Virus record (IMG/VR): IMGVR_UViG_3300033412_000197
Coordinates: 1 to 34,634 of that record
Source of the DNA: a virus
Taxonomy: Duplodnaviria; Caudoviricetes
Length of the DNA: 34,634 nucleotides
Direction: 5' to 3' (one strand)
Translations under genes and position numbers: made by a program
Shown here: positions 1-9,915 of the stretch, piece after piece
Layout: each line of letters opens with the position of its first letter
Position numbering within the stretch: the stretch's first letter is position 1
The notes under the pieces: model-generated
Told to the model about the DNA's origin: nothing
What the model saw: only the letters and a program-made list of their open reading frames with translations
Database searches by the model: none

Positions 1-53
1 AAAGATTTTATTTGGTATGTTGAAATATAAAAACAAGGCAATAAAGGAAGAAG

Positions 54-716
54 ATGTCGTTAATAAGCACGTACGACGTTCGAGTTTGGATGGGAATACC
101 AGACAGCGACGAAACCCCAAATGCAAAGATAAGTGCAATTGCAAATGTCGTTGAAGATTTCTGCGATTCTTATACAAACAGAAAACTAGAAGCCCAAAGA
201 TATTTAACAGACCCCGCGTTTTCTTATATTGACGGTCGGGGCAAAAACTATATTTATCTTCCACAGTATCCCGTCAGCTATGTTTCTTCAATTAATATGG
301 ACGGGGATAGGGTTTTTAATTCCGGGACGTTATTTGCTTCTGCTGATTATTTTTGGTATCCCAAAAGCGGTAAGGTTAAATTAAGCGGCTCGCAATGGCC
401 TTTTGATAATTGGTCGGGAGGATTTTATCATGGATATAGGAACATATTGGTGGATTACGTCGCCGGATATGCGCCTGTTGTGGGCGGAACTCATAATGCT
501 AGCGTGTCTACTTATCCTTTGCCACAAGACTTAAAACAAGTTATGACTGAAATGTGCGTTGAGAGCTTTAAAGAGGGGTTAACGGCGGTGCATACGATTC
601 AATCTCAGGTTGGCGACCCGAAGTTTACGTCTATGTTAACACGCAACAGCTTTTGGTTGAACGTTCTTAATAAATACAAAAACTTTTCATCTCAGTTTAC
701 AAGTAGGGACGAATGA
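54..716 (+). CDS. Head-tail connector/adaptor protein (gp6/gp15-like)
   Basis: N-terminal helical segment (DVRVWMGI...VEDFCDSYTNRKL), LPQYPV, VDYVAGY...PLPQDLKQ pattern typical of connector proteins; first gene of neck module. Confidence 0.75.
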   Translation: MSLISTYDVRVWMGIPDSDETPNAKISAIANVVEDFCDSYTNRKLEAQRYLTDPAFSYIDGRGKNYIYLPQYPVSYVSSINMDGDRVFNSGTLFASADYFWYPKSGKVKLSGSQWPFDNWSGGFYHGYRNILVDYVAGYAPVVGGTHNASVSTYPLPQDLKQVMTEMCVESFKEGLTAVHTIQSQVGDPKFTSMLTRNSFWLNVLNKYKNFSSQFTSRDE

Positions 717-1150
717 ATATAGATATTCAGGTAATAGGGCTTAAAGAATTGGTGGAAAAACTTGGTCGGGCAACTGCGGCAGATACATTAGATGAAACTC
801 TTTTTAAGGGCGCATTGCTTTTACAGTTCTGGTCGCAGGAACATAGGTTTGTTAGCGGTGGCGGGAAGAAATATAAAACATTATTTCAGCGTGGGGCGGT
901 ACAAAAAGATATATTAACATCACGAACCGGAAACTTAAGGGGTTCAATAACGACTTCCAGGGCATCGAATAGAGATGCGTTGGCATATAAAATAGGAACT
1001 CCGGTGGTTTATGCCCCGGTACATGAGTTTGGTTCTGCAAAAAAGAACATAAGACCGCGCCCATTTTTAAGGCCGTCTATCGAAAACCAAGAAAATATTA
1101 ACAAGATAACTCAAATGATTAATAAGACTATTCAAGAAAACCTAAAATGA
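713..1150 (+). CDS. HK97 gp10-like tail completion/neck protein
   Basis: RTGNLRGSI, YAPVHEFG, RPRPFLRPS motifs; ATGA overlap with upstream gene. Confidence 0.8.
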   Translation: MNIDIQVIGLKELVEKLGRATAADTLDETLFKGALLLQFWSQEHRFVSGGGKKYKTLFQRGAVQKDILTSRTGNLRGSITTSRASNRDALAYKIGTPVVYAPVHEFGSAKKNIRPRPFLRPSIENQENINKITQMINKTIQENLK

Positions 1151-1593
1151 TTGCGTCTACAATATGGAATCAGTTAATTGCGACATTACAATGCGACGAC
1201 CTTTCATATATAAAAAGGGTTTATTCGGGAAGGCGCTATGATATTGACCCCAACAGTCTTCCTTGTCTTATGCTTGAGCCTGTACGCGATGGCGAAATCA
1301 GCAAAGATTTCTCTAATGTTCAAGATATTTGGCTTACTGCTAATATATTTGCTTTCTGTCCTAGCAATTATGTGAACTTTGAAAACAGCATTGTAGGGAA
1401 CCAAATTTATAAAGGTATTTTTGACATAAATAATGATGTGCGGGCTGTATTAATATCCAGCAATACGCTCGGAGGAAAAGTAATAGACATATCAATACAG
1501 CCATCAGAATTTGACAGCATAGAAGATAAGTACCCAGTTCGTGGATTAGTTATGCCAATCAGGGTGCTTTATAGACAACAAAATGGGGTTTGA
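1147..1593 (+). CDS. Putative tail terminator protein
   Basis: 148 aa, position after gp10-like gene, beta-rich C-terminus; positional call. Confidence 0.55.
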   Translation: MIASTIWNQLIATLQCDDLSYIKRVYSGRRYDIDPNSLPCLMLEPVRDGEISKDFSNVQDIWLTANIFAFCPSNYVNFENSIVGNQIYKGIFDINNDVRAVLISSNTLGGKVIDISIQPSEFDSIEDKYPVRGLVMPIRVLYRQQNGV

Positions 1594-1801
1594 TATGGTA
1601 CATGAAAAATCGGATAAACTAATTTGGTGGTTAATGATATCTTTCTTTTCAATAATTGTTTTAGGTGGCGGGGCGTGGGCGACAAATATAAATTCAAAGG
1701 TTGAAAAGATTGCAGGGATGGAAGTTAATATCCAAAATATAAAAGATGATGTTTCAGATATAAAAACATTGATTAAATATTACATAAAAAGAGGAGAATA
1801 A
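1583..1801 (+). CDS. Small single-TM protein with coiled-coil tail (holin/XhlA-like architecture)
   Basis: Hydrophobic LIWWLMISFFSIIVLGGGAWA followed by heptad-like segment; start may be ATG 1595. Confidence 0.5.
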   Translation: MGFDMVHEKSDKLIWWLMISFFSIIVLGGGAWATNINSKVEKIAGMEVNIQNIKDDVSDIKTLIKYYIKRGE

Positions 1802-1802
1802 A

Positions 1803-2252
1803 ATGGGTGGAGTATATAATTATATTAAAAAAGCCTTGTTAGCAGGTTCGGGCATTGGGGCAACGTCAGGCACGTTTCCTTTTAGAGTATATTGCGTTTT
1901 AGTGGGGTCAGGATATACGCCAGATTATGACGCACATAGTTATCGAAGTTCGGTAACGAATGAAATTACCGGAACCCTTTATTTACAAGGCGGATTTGCC
2001 TTAAGTTCTCCTTTGGTAAGCCAGGACAACACGAACAATTATGGTGTTTTAACTGGTAGCAATATTTTCTTTGCCAATGAAACACACAGCACGGTGGCGG
2101 TTGCTACGGTTCTGTATGGTTCATCTGGTTTAGGTTCGGCATCCGACCCCCTATTGGCGTATATCGAGCTTACTGGTTCAGGGTCGGTAACGGCTGGTAC
2201 ATTCCAGATACAATGGCAAGGTTCTGGTGGTGGGATTTTAGCTATTACATAG
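1803..2252 (+). CDS. Conserved phage structural protein
   Basis: GAGGAG SD; YTPDYDAH...NEITGTLY..GG..L pattern seen in small virion proteins; Gly/Ser/Thr-rich. Confidence 0.55.
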   Translation: MGGVYNYIKKALLAGSGIGATSGTFPFRVYCVLVGSGYTPDYDAHSYRSSVTNEITGTLYLQGGFALSSPLVSQDNTNNYGVLTGSNIFFANETHSTVAVATVLYGSSGLGSASDPLLAYIELTGSGSVTAGTFQIQWQGSGGGILAIT

Positions 2253-2262
2253 TGAGGTTAAT

Positions 2263-2532
2263 ATGTCTATTCAAGATGAAATATATAAAAAAATAAAAGA
2301 AGAAATAGCCAACGACCCGTTTAATGTCGGTTATGCCGGAAAAACGGATGCCGAGATTCAGCAGTTGCTTAATAATCCCGTGCCTAGGCAAAAGGTTATT
2401 GATTATTTTGACCAGGCGCCGATGAATAGGATATTAAGTGGGATTAAAGACGCTCCGAATATTGTCAGTTCGACAGATGTTACTGCGGCTAAATTGTCTG
2501 TTTCATCAGACCCAATTATAGACGGGGGTTAA
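2263..2532 (+). CDS. Hypothetical protein (virion module)
   Basis: GAGG SD, tight packing in operon. Confidence 0.6.
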   Translation: MSIQDEIYKKIKEEIANDPFNVGYAGKTDAEIQQLLNNPVPRQKVIDYFDQAPMNRILSGIKDAPNIVSSTDVTAAKLSVSSDPIIDGG

Positions 2533-2534
2533 AA

Positions 2535-2996
2535 ATGTTAGGATATGCGGCAACAACAAACTTTGCACTTACACTTGCTTCTTTAGCCACAGGAAGCGCA
2601 AGAGAAAGCACGGCGATCTCTGCCTTGGTAGGTGGAACAGGTTATGATGATTATATGCTTCAATTAAATTTGGGAATTTCTACACCAACAAGTGCCGCAG
2701 ATAAAGCGGTTTATGTTTGGTTCTACGGTTCTGCCGATGGTACGAATTATACCGAACCGGCAACAGGTTCAAATGCGGCAATAACGATCGGAACTAATCA
2801 CAATCTTAAAGGCCCGTTTACTGTTGCTATTAATGTTGGAACACTTCAATATGATATTTGCATAGGTTCAGTAGCTCAATTCTTTGGAGGTATTTTGCCT
2901 AAGAAATGGGGAATTGTTATTGAGAATCAAGCAAATGGTTCATTAAGCGGAACAGAATTTAATCAATGGTTAACTCCCGTATTTTACACGACTTAA
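2535..2996 (+). CDS. Hypothetical beta-rich structural protein
   Basis: GGGGG SD, Gly/Thr/Ala-rich beta composition, precedes LamG gene. Confidence 0.55.
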   Translation: MLGYAATTNFALTLASLATGSARESTAISALVGGTGYDDYMLQLNLGISTPTSAADKAVYVWFYGSADGTNYTEPATGSNAAITIGTNHNLKGPFTVAINVGTLQYDICIGSVAQFFGGILPKKWGIVIENQANGSLSGTEFNQWLTPVFYTT

Positions 2997-2997
2997 T

Positions 2998-4623
2998 ATG
3001 CCTATTATAAATAAAAAAGTTAATGGATTTAGATATCCAACCATCGATGCGGAAATCGATTATGGTAATGAGATTTCCAAAGGTCTTTCATTCGCAGTAT
3101 TATTTAATCAGCCAAATACCCTTCCTGTTGATTTAGTAAGAAGAATAAAAGCCGGTGGATTTGTAACCAGTAATTATGCAACTAAAAGAGCTATCGGAGG
3201 AAGAACTATTGATTGGCAGAACAATGGAAGCATTTGGTATCCAAGAGGACCATCTTTTGAAAAATTACCTTGGAATATGTCTTGGGCGGCTTTTCTAAGA
3301 AGGGGTGGGACATTAAATTCCAATGCAACTCCGTTTGGAAAAAGTTGGAACAATGCCGGAGGTTCGCCATTTTTAAGTTATGCTTTTACTTATAATGCAG
3401 GCGGAGCAGGTCAAAATTTCGCCAGGGCAGATTTAGCGGAGCATTTAACCTCGCTTACTAGTACATCGAGCGTTAATATTGGTGAAACCACAATACCTCA
3501 TATTATAGCCGCAACCGCCGACGGAGACACATTAACTTTATATAATAATGGTCTTAAGAAAACAGATTTAGCATATACTGGCCCAATAACTTTTGACACA
3601 AGCAATACTACAGGAAATTTTATAATCTCAGGATTGTCAAATGCCTCTGTAGTTAATCCTTGGAATGGTGATATTTATTGGGTTTTAATATGGCAGAGAA
3701 CTCTTAGTCAAAATGAATTAAGGGAATTATATAAAGACCCTTACCAATTATTCAAACCAATTAAAAGAAGATTTATATTTCCTGTCGCTCAAGCCGGAGG
3801 CGGTGGAACTTCTGCAACGGCTACCCCAAGCCTTCAAACAATAACAGCAAAGTTGTTTTCTGCCAATGTTTCGATATTGGTATCAAGAAGTCAAACTACC
3901 ACTCCTGCTCTATTGACGGCGACCGCAAAGCTGTTTACGCCAACGGTATCATTTTCTAAATCTGAAAGTAGAATAACAACTCCAGCTTTATTAACAGCAA
4001 CTGCTAAATTATTTACGCCCAATGCGGTAATAACCAAATCAGAAAGCCGAACAACAACACCATCTTTATTGACGGTTACCGCCAAAATATTTAATCCTAC
4101 GGTTGTATTTGGAAACTCGTTTAGCAGGACAACTACGCCGGCACTATTAACAGCAACGGCAAAATTATTTACTCCAACGGTTGCTATATCTAATAGCCGA
4201 ACTGTTACTCCGTCAATGATTTCAGCATCAATTATTACATTTAGCCCAACGCAGAAGTTTACACAAAGTCAAGTTACAACCCCAGGGTTAACAAAATCTA
4301 GTTTTATTATATTTGGCGCAAGGGCGAATGTAACTACCGGAGTAATAGCGTCCCCTGGCTTATTAAAAACAAGCATTGTAACATTTAACCCAACCGTAAA
4401 GATTACGGCTTCCAGGATAGCTCAACCTGGATTAACAACGTCAAGAATTACAACCCTTGGGGCGACGGCTATTTTGCCAGGAAGCGTTAGCGGAATAACA
4501 AATTACGCAGTTTATAAATCACAAATTGAAAAGTATTTATACAATGGTTCGTTGATTGAAAACAAGGTTACCAAGAAATCACAAATTGAAAAGGTTGTTT
4601 TAAGTGAAAGCGAGCTTAATTAA
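2998..4623 (+). CDS. LamG/concanavalin A-like domain protein with Thr/Ser-rich repeat stalk (virion appendage/adhesin)
   Basis: HIIAATADGDTLTLYNNG...WNGDIYWVLIWQRTLSQNELRELY LamG signature, GGGGT linker, then 24-26 aa repeats. Confidence 0.75.
   Translation: MPIINKKVNGFRYPTIDAEIDYGNEISKGLSFAVLFNQPNTLPVDLVRRIKAGGFVTSNYATKRAIGGRTIDWQNNGSIWYPRGPSFEKLPWNMSWAAFLRRGGTLNSNATPFGKSWNNAGGSPFLSYAFTYNAGGAGQNFARADLAEHLTSLTSTSSVNIGETTIPHIIAATADGDTLTLYNNGLKKTDLAYTGPITFDTSNTTGNFIISGLSNASVVNPWNGDIYWVLIWQRTLSQNELRELYKDPYQLFKPIKRRFIFPVAQAGGGGTSATATPSLQTITAKLFSANVSILVSRSQTTTPALLTATAKLFTPTVSFSKSESRITTPALLTATAKLFTPNAVITKSESRTTTPSLLTVTAKIFNPTVVFGNSFSRTTTPALLTATAKLFTPTVAISNSRTVTPSMISASIITFSPTQKFTQSQVTTPGLTKSSFIIFGARANVTTGVIASPGLLKTSIVTFNPTVKITASRIAQPGLTTSRITTLGATAILPGSVSGITNYAVYKSQIEKYLYNGSLIENKVTKKSQIEKVVLSESELN
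3811..4477 (+). repeat. About nine degenerate 24-26 aa coding repeats (consensus SRTTTPALLTATAKLFTPTV)
   Basis: TTPALLTATAKLFTP occurs three times exactly at protein level, with more diverged copies either side. Confidence 0.85.
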
Positions 4624-4934
4624 TGGTTAAGCATTACCTTGGCGAGGCGGGAACGCTTCTTTTGTTTGATACTGGAATTTTGGTCGGTTCTGTAAATAGC
4701 CGATGGATAAAATATAAAGACCCATCCGGCGTTGAAGGAACATGGGTAGCTTCTTTATATTCAAGTTATTCTAATATCGCGCAGGCGATAGGAACATATT
4801 TTATAAGTTATACGTTGCTTCAGTCAAATTTCACTAAGCCCGGAGAATGGAAATTCCAGCCACACGTTGCGGTTGTTGATGGTACATGGTTCGGGGAAAC
4901 AGTAACCTTAAAAGTATTTGATGCTTATCAATAA
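4623..4934 (+). CDS. Small Ig-like virion protein (BppU N-terminal-like)
   Basis: DTGI...IKYKDPSGVEGTW.A...GEWKFQPHV...GETVTLKV pattern. Confidence 0.5.
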   Translation: MVKHYLGEAGTLLLFDTGILVGSVNSRWIKYKDPSGVEGTWVASLYSSYSNIAQAIGTYFISYTLLQSNFTKPGEWKFQPHVAVVDGTWFGETVTLKVFDAYQ

Positions 4935-4946
4935 AAGGAGATATAT

Positions 4947-5909
4947 ATGTTAACAAGACAGACAGTAGTTTGGTGTGCCAGAGAAACAACTTACGGGACA
5001 GACCCTGCCATGACCTCAACCAATGCTTTATTGGCATGGGATGTTGACCTTAAATTAAACGGCGAAACACTTTTAAGACAACCTTTAAGAGATACGTTAA
5101 GCCCGATTGCTCATATCGTTGGTATGAAAGATGTTGAGCTTACATTCAAAACTGAATGGAAAGGCGTTGGCGCGGCTCCGGGGACGGCGGCGAATATAGC
5201 GACGTTTGAACTTGACCGGCTTTTATCAGGATGCTCGTTTAATACTGGAACGCTTAACAGCACATCAATAACTTATGCGCTATTGAGCAACGATTCATCT
5301 TTAAACTCATTGTCTTTTTATGTTCATTTTGGGGATTCTAATTCCGGGAATAGACACAAGGTTGTTGGAAGCCGTGGTTCTTTCAAATTAACAATGGAAG
5401 CCGGAAAATTCGGGGTGGCAGAGTGGTCGTTTAAGGGGCTTTACAACTCGGTCATTGCCGCAACCCTTCCTGGATTGGCTGGTATTAGCTCATTACAACC
5501 TCCGGTTATTTATAACGCTTCTTTTCAAATCGGCGGGTTTTCACCGGTGTGTAGCAAGGCTGAGATTGATATGGGCGTTGATGTAACACGCAGAGAATCT
5601 TTAAATACTGTAGCTGGCGTTCATAGTTTTAGACAAACAGCAAGAAACCCAAAACTAAACTTTAATGCCGATGCCGTTGTAGAAAGCTCAAATCCGTTCT
5701 GGGGAGATTGGGAAGGGAACGTCGTTGATACCTTCGGCATAACCATTGGAACAAACGCAAATAACCGTTGCGATATTAGCGGCTATTTTGAATACGTTCA
5801 GCCTGCTTATGGCGACGCTGACGGTGTTCGTATATATGATTGTGAAGCGGCAATCAAGTCTTCTGCCCCTTCAACAGGCAACGATGAATTAACAATTAAA
5901 TTCTGGTAA
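4947..5909 (+). CDS. Major tail tube protein
   Basis: AGGAG SD; N-terminal ETTYGTDP motif; 320 aa; directly upstream of chaperone/TMP. Confidence 0.8.
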   Translation: MLTRQTVVWCARETTYGTDPAMTSTNALLAWDVDLKLNGETLLRQPLRDTLSPIAHIVGMKDVELTFKTEWKGVGAAPGTAANIATFELDRLLSGCSFNTGTLNSTSITYALLSNDSSLNSLSFYVHFGDSNSGNRHKVVGSRGSFKLTMEAGKFGVAEWSFKGLYNSVIAATLPGLAGISSLQPPVIYNASFQIGGFSPVCSKAEIDMGVDVTRRESLNTVAGVHSFRQTARNPKLNFNADAVVESSNPFWGDWEGNVVDTFGITIGTNANNRCDISGYFEYVQPAYGDADGVRIYDCEAAIKSSAPSTGNDELTIKFW

Positions 5910-5920
5910 AAAGGAGAATT

Positions 5921-6271
5921 ATGATTTCAGGATTAGACTTAAACGCAACCGTAGAATATACGCTCAAATCGGATACAGATAATCCGACAGTTTGGAAGTT
6001 GGGGATTATTCCCAGCTATTTATTTGCCCGCATCTCAGCGGATGCGCCAACTAAAGAAATACAAACGGCTTATAGAGTTTTACAGATTGCGATTAAGGGA
6101 TGGGAAAACTTTAATGTCCCATTTACAACAGAAAAAGAAAAATTGTTTGACCGTGAAATTGATTGTGTTCCGCTTTCAACGCTAGAACGATTACCGTTAA
6201 ATGTTGTTACTGAATTGGCGGGGAAAATAATGGAAATTAACGGGCTTACCGCCGAAGAAAAAAAAACTTAA
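5921..6271 (+). CDS. Tail assembly chaperone (gpG-like)
   Basis: Between tail tube and TMP; IKGWENF motif; ends EEKKT at an A9 slippery run. Confidence 0.8.
   Translation: MISGLDLNATVEYTLKSDTDNPTVWKLGIIPSYLFARISADAPTKEIQTAYRVLQIAIKGWENFNVPFTTEKEKLFDREIDCVPLSTLERLPLNVVTELAGKIMEINGLTAEEKKT
6258..6267 (+). promoter_or_regulatory. -1 programmed ribosomal frameshift site (A9C)
   Basis: GAA AAA AAA ACT TAA; the -1 frame is open from 6265 to TAA 6651. Confidence 0.8.
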
Positions 6272-6651
6272 GTATTGCGATTAAAATATTAAAAGAAAAC
6301 AAGGGACATTTAGACTGTAATACCTGTGATGAAACATTAAAAGAAGAACGCGGGCATTACAAAGAAGGGATAGTACCCTTTTTCGTTGATGGGAAATGGG
6401 TTAAACGATGCCCCTTAACTTTGATAACGCCTTTATCCTATGAGTATATAAAGGCGTTTTCACTTTATGAGCAAGGGTTTTTACCAAACGGAACGGCTTG
6501 GAATTTTGAAAGCAATAAGTTTATTCAAGCGATGCAGGTTGTTCAAAACGAAATAACAAAATTAGAAACCGAAGAATCAGAAAAACAAAATGGCAGAAAC
6601 AGAACTAAGCATAGTCCTAAAGCTGATAGACAACGCATCAGCAGACCTTAA
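6265..6651 (+). CDS. Tail assembly chaperone gpT extension (translated as gpGT fusion, about 243 aa)
   Basis: -1 frame reads NLSIAIKILKENKGHLDCNTCDE...RCPLTLITP... and is continuous with ORF 6421-6651. Confidence 0.75.
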   Translation, partial: NLSIAIKILKENKGHLDCNTCDETLKEERGHYKEGIVPFFVDGKWVKRCPLTLITPLSYEYIKAFSLYEQGFLPNGTAWNFESNKFIQAMQVVQNEITKLETEESEKQNGRNRTKHSPKADRQRISRP

Positions 6652-8710
6652 GAAGACGATATCTGGGGCGATTGAGGGAACCAATAAATTAAAATCCGCC
6701 AATGACGAAGCCTATTCCCAAATGGCAAAGTCAATAGAAGAAAATCGAACTGTCTTTGAAAGGTTTTCTAATTCATTTAAAGAAAAATCCGCGGGAATGG
6801 TTAAAGCCCTGCAAGAATCTTCTTCCGAGCTTAAGCATCTTGGAAGGGAGATAAGACAGGTCGGGGCAAACATAGCGTTTATTGGCGGGGCTATATCTTC
6901 AATATTTATTAAGGCACTAAACGACAGTTCAAAATATTCTGAAAATGTAAGGGATTCGCTACAAAGATTAAGCCAAGTTACGACACAATTTGGAATTATT
7001 ATTGCCAATGCGGTTGTTCCGGTAATCAACGGATTAACGGTTATACTTGACCGCCTGGTTACTGCGTTTGAAAGTTTATCGCCGGAATTAAGAGATTCTA
7101 TTTTAAGATGGGCGTTTCTTTCCGGGATATTCATTACAATAACCGGGGTTTTAATTGCCCTGGGTGGACAATTCGCGATATTTTTAAGCGCAATAAAGGG
7201 AATAATTGCAGCCATTATTTCTTGGACTGCTGCAAACATAGCCTTATTACCATCAATACTTGCGATAGGAGCCGAGATTGCGACTGTTATATTTTTAATG
7301 TATAAATTTAAACCCGTAGCTGATTTTGTTCTTAATGTTTTTGAGTTGTTATTTAAAAACATTCAACTTCAGCTTGAGGTTGTAAGTTTAGCCTGGAATA
7401 AATATGTGGCGTTGATTTTAGATGGTTCATCTAAGATATTTGAAACGCTTGCTAAACTTAATTTTGGGAACAAAGAATTAGCTATATTTTTTACAAATGC
7501 CGCAAATGCGGCAAGTGGATTGGCTACTGAAGCTAAAATTTCTGCTGATAAAAGCGTATTTGAGATTCAAAGAATATCAAAAGAAATGCTGTCTTTGGCG
7601 CAAGGAAAAGAAGGAAGTTTTGCCATAAACTTCGATAAGGCTAAGACATCTATTGATGAAATTGTAAAGGCAATTAATGGTATTGGAAAAGGAACAGAAT
7701 TAAAAATTTTATCTGGGAACGATTTACAGCTGGCTCAGCAATCTTTATCTAATTTCAATCAAAAACTGGCAGACCAAAAGATTTTGTTTGAGGCGGGAAA
7801 GATTAGCGCAGATGAATATTATCGAGGCTTGATTGCGGCACAAAATAGTTCTATTAATTTAAACCAGATAGCATCTCAACAATTACAACAAATGGCACAG
7901 TTGCAGGCTGAGGTTACGAATAATCAGTTTTTAAACGCTCAGCGTTCTACGCAAGAGCAAATTAACCTTTTGAATGAATACAAGGCTAATTTTATGGTTG
8001 CCCACGCCGGAATGACACAACTGGTTACTAATTTAAGTTCTTCTATAAGAACAAATTTGGCTTCAGCGATAAGCAGTATCGCAACCGGAGCGGCAACGGC
8101 GAAGGATGCTTTCGCTCAATTTGGCAAAACTCTTATCGGAGTTATTGTAGAATTTTTGGCTCAAAAAGTAATTGCTTTTGCTTTAGAAAAAACATTACTA
8201 GCTGGTACTGTTGCCTCAGCTTCTGCGGCGGCATCAGTAATAGCTGCTGCATGGGCGCCGGCGGCGTTCCTAGCCACGGTTGCAACATTTGGAGCGGCTG
8301 CGGCACAAGCACCAGCGGCTTTAGCGGCAGCAGGAGCAGCTAGCATAGCTGTATCAACAGGATTAAGTGCGGCATCCAAGGCTGCTGGATTTGGAGCCGG
8401 AGCGGGTGGAGCAACTAAATTTCATAGTGGCGGAATAATCAGGGCGCATGATGGATTGGCAGTTGATGAAGTTCCAATAATTGCCCAGACTGGCGAGGGG
8501 GTTTTATCCCGGCGCGGAATGAAAGCCCTGGGTGGAGCATCAGCATTAAATCAGCTTAATCGAGGACAATCACCATCTAACAGTTATGGCGATATAAATT
8601 TATCTATTAACGTAAACTATCCACAAGTCAGCAAAGACCAGGAAATAAAAAAACTAGCAGAAATGTTAGGGTTTGAAATTCAAAGACAACTGACTTATGC
8701 GAGGAGCTAA
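6590..8710 (+). CDS. Tape measure protein
   Basis: 706 aa, Ala-rich helical with hydrophobic stretches; N-terminal LSIVLKLIDNAS; C-terminal FHSGG...DEVPIIAQTGEGVL. Confidence 0.9.
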   Translation: MAETELSIVLKLIDNASADLKKTISGAIEGTNKLKSANDEAYSQMAKSIEENRTVFERFSNSFKEKSAGMVKALQESSSELKHLGREIRQVGANIAFIGGAISSIFIKALNDSSKYSENVRDSLQRLSQVTTQFGIIIANAVVPVINGLTVILDRLVTAFESLSPELRDSILRWAFLSGIFITITGVLIALGGQFAIFLSAIKGIIAAIISWTAANIALLPSILAIGAEIATVIFLMYKFKPVADFVLNVFELLFKNIQLQLEVVSLAWNKYVALILDGSSKIFETLAKLNFGNKELAIFFTNAANAASGLATEAKISADKSVFEIQRISKEMLSLAQGKEGSFAINFDKAKTSIDEIVKAINGIGKGTELKILSGNDLQLAQQSLSNFNQKLADQKILFEAGKISADEYYRGLIAAQNSSINLNQIASQQLQQMAQLQAEVTNNQFLNAQRSTQEQINLLNEYKANFMVAHAGMTQLVTNLSSSIRTNLASAISSIATGAATAKDAFAQFGKTLIGVIVEFLAQKVIAFALEKTLLAGTVASASAAASVIAAAWAPAAFLATVATFGAAAAQAPAALAAAGAASIAVSTGLSAASKAAGFGAGAGGATKFHSGGIIRAHDGLAVDEVPIIAQTGEGVLSRRGMKALGGASALNQLNRGQSPSNSYGDINLSINVNYPQVSKDQEIKKLAEMLGFEIQRQLTYARS

Positions 8711-9915
8711 TGCCATCACCAGCAGCGTTTAGAATATTGCCGTTAAATTACCTTAAGGATTGGGGAGAGTTTGAATCTTGGGCGCAGGGCGTTGCTTCTG
8801 CCCCGGACGGATGGATTAAGGCGACCGCGCCAACGGTTGCCAGGGAAGCCACGTCAATTAAGTATGGTTCTTATTCTGCGCTTGTCATAGGAAGCACGGG
8901 CGGGATAGGCGGGATTTATCTTACAATACCAAACGGCGTAGACTATGCAGGGCGAACATTTTCTTTGGGGGTGTGGGGAAAGTCTTCATCCACAGGCCCG
9001 TATATTGAAATACACGACGGAGTTACTTCGCACACGGCGCATTTAGATGGGCTTAATGCTTTTTCTTTTGTAACAACACCTATACATAAAATGGACTATG
9101 CCACAACGCAGTTTAAAATAAGCCTTTTTGCAACACAAAACGCAACGGCTTATTTTGATGGTGCGGTTCTTTGCGAGGGCGAAGACTTATTTACGGAATT
9201 AAGCCAAAGCAACATTTTGGTTGATGATTGGTCGCCGACTATAAATATAAGGCAAGACCAATACGAACTTGCACAGCGCGAGGGTTCAGAAATTCCGGAT
9301 GCCCATGTTCAGGCGCAAAGCATAAGGCTTCGCGGAACGGTTGTAGGAACGGATGTTAGAAGTTGCCGAACAAATTTTGACACACTTCTTAAGGCGGCGC
9401 TTTCCTGGAAGACAAATGAAAAAAGACATATTTATTTATATGAAGACCGATGCAGGGAAGTATTTCTAAAGTCTTTTGATTGGCAGTATATAAACAGCCT
9501 TCAATATATAAAATACAATATGCAGTTAACGGACGCCGACGCATCTTCTCGGTATATCGGGAAAATAAGGAATAGAACGGTTATCGCCGCAACGGTAACA
9601 GAATTTAATTTTGCGTATAATGGAAACTTTGAAAGCAAACCATACATTTCAATCATTGCGAATCAGGGGGCAACGATTACGACCTGCCTATTAGAAAACC
9701 TTACAACTGGTGAAAACTTCTCATATACAGGCACAGTTCCGTCGGGGGTTGCCCTTAACATAGACTGTTTAGCTGGAACGGTATTAAATAGCAGCGCGGA
9801 TAGCATATCATTATTTTCTGGTGATTTTGTAAGGCTGGTTCGCGGGACTAATTATTTTAGGTTTTCTGGACAAAACTGTGAAATTGACATTGATTATTTT
9901 GAGCGCTACTTATGA
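8710..9915 (+). CDS. Distal tail protein (Dit) with N-terminal carbohydrate-binding module
   Basis: Follows TMP; GEFESW...PDGW...YFDGAVLCEG CBM-like N-terminus; C-terminal YNGNFESKP...F..LVRGTN Dit-like. Confidence 0.7.
   Translation: MPSPAAFRILPLNYLKDWGEFESWAQGVASAPDGWIKATAPTVAREATSIKYGSYSALVIGSTGGIGGIYLTIPNGVDYAGRTFSLGVWGKSSSTGPYIEIHDGVTSHTAHLDGLNAFSFVTTPIHKMDYATTQFKISLFATQNATAYFDGAVLCEGEDLFTELSQSNILVDDWSPTINIRQDQYELAQREGSEIPDAHVQAQSIRLRGTVVGTDVRSCRTNFDTLLKAALSWKTNEKRHIYLYEDRCREVFLKSFDWQYINSLQYIKYNMQLTDADASSRYIGKIRNRTVIAATVTEFNFAYNGNFESKPYISIIANQGATITTCLLENLTTGENFSYTGTVPSGVALNIDCLAGTVLNSSADSISLFSGDFVRLVRGTNYFRFSGQNCEIDIDYFERYL

Noticed and set aside
6712-8379. Minus-strand ORFs within the tape measure gene (and other minus-strand ORFs in the track)
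   Set aside because: Antisense shadows of strong + strand genes with no recognisable motifs
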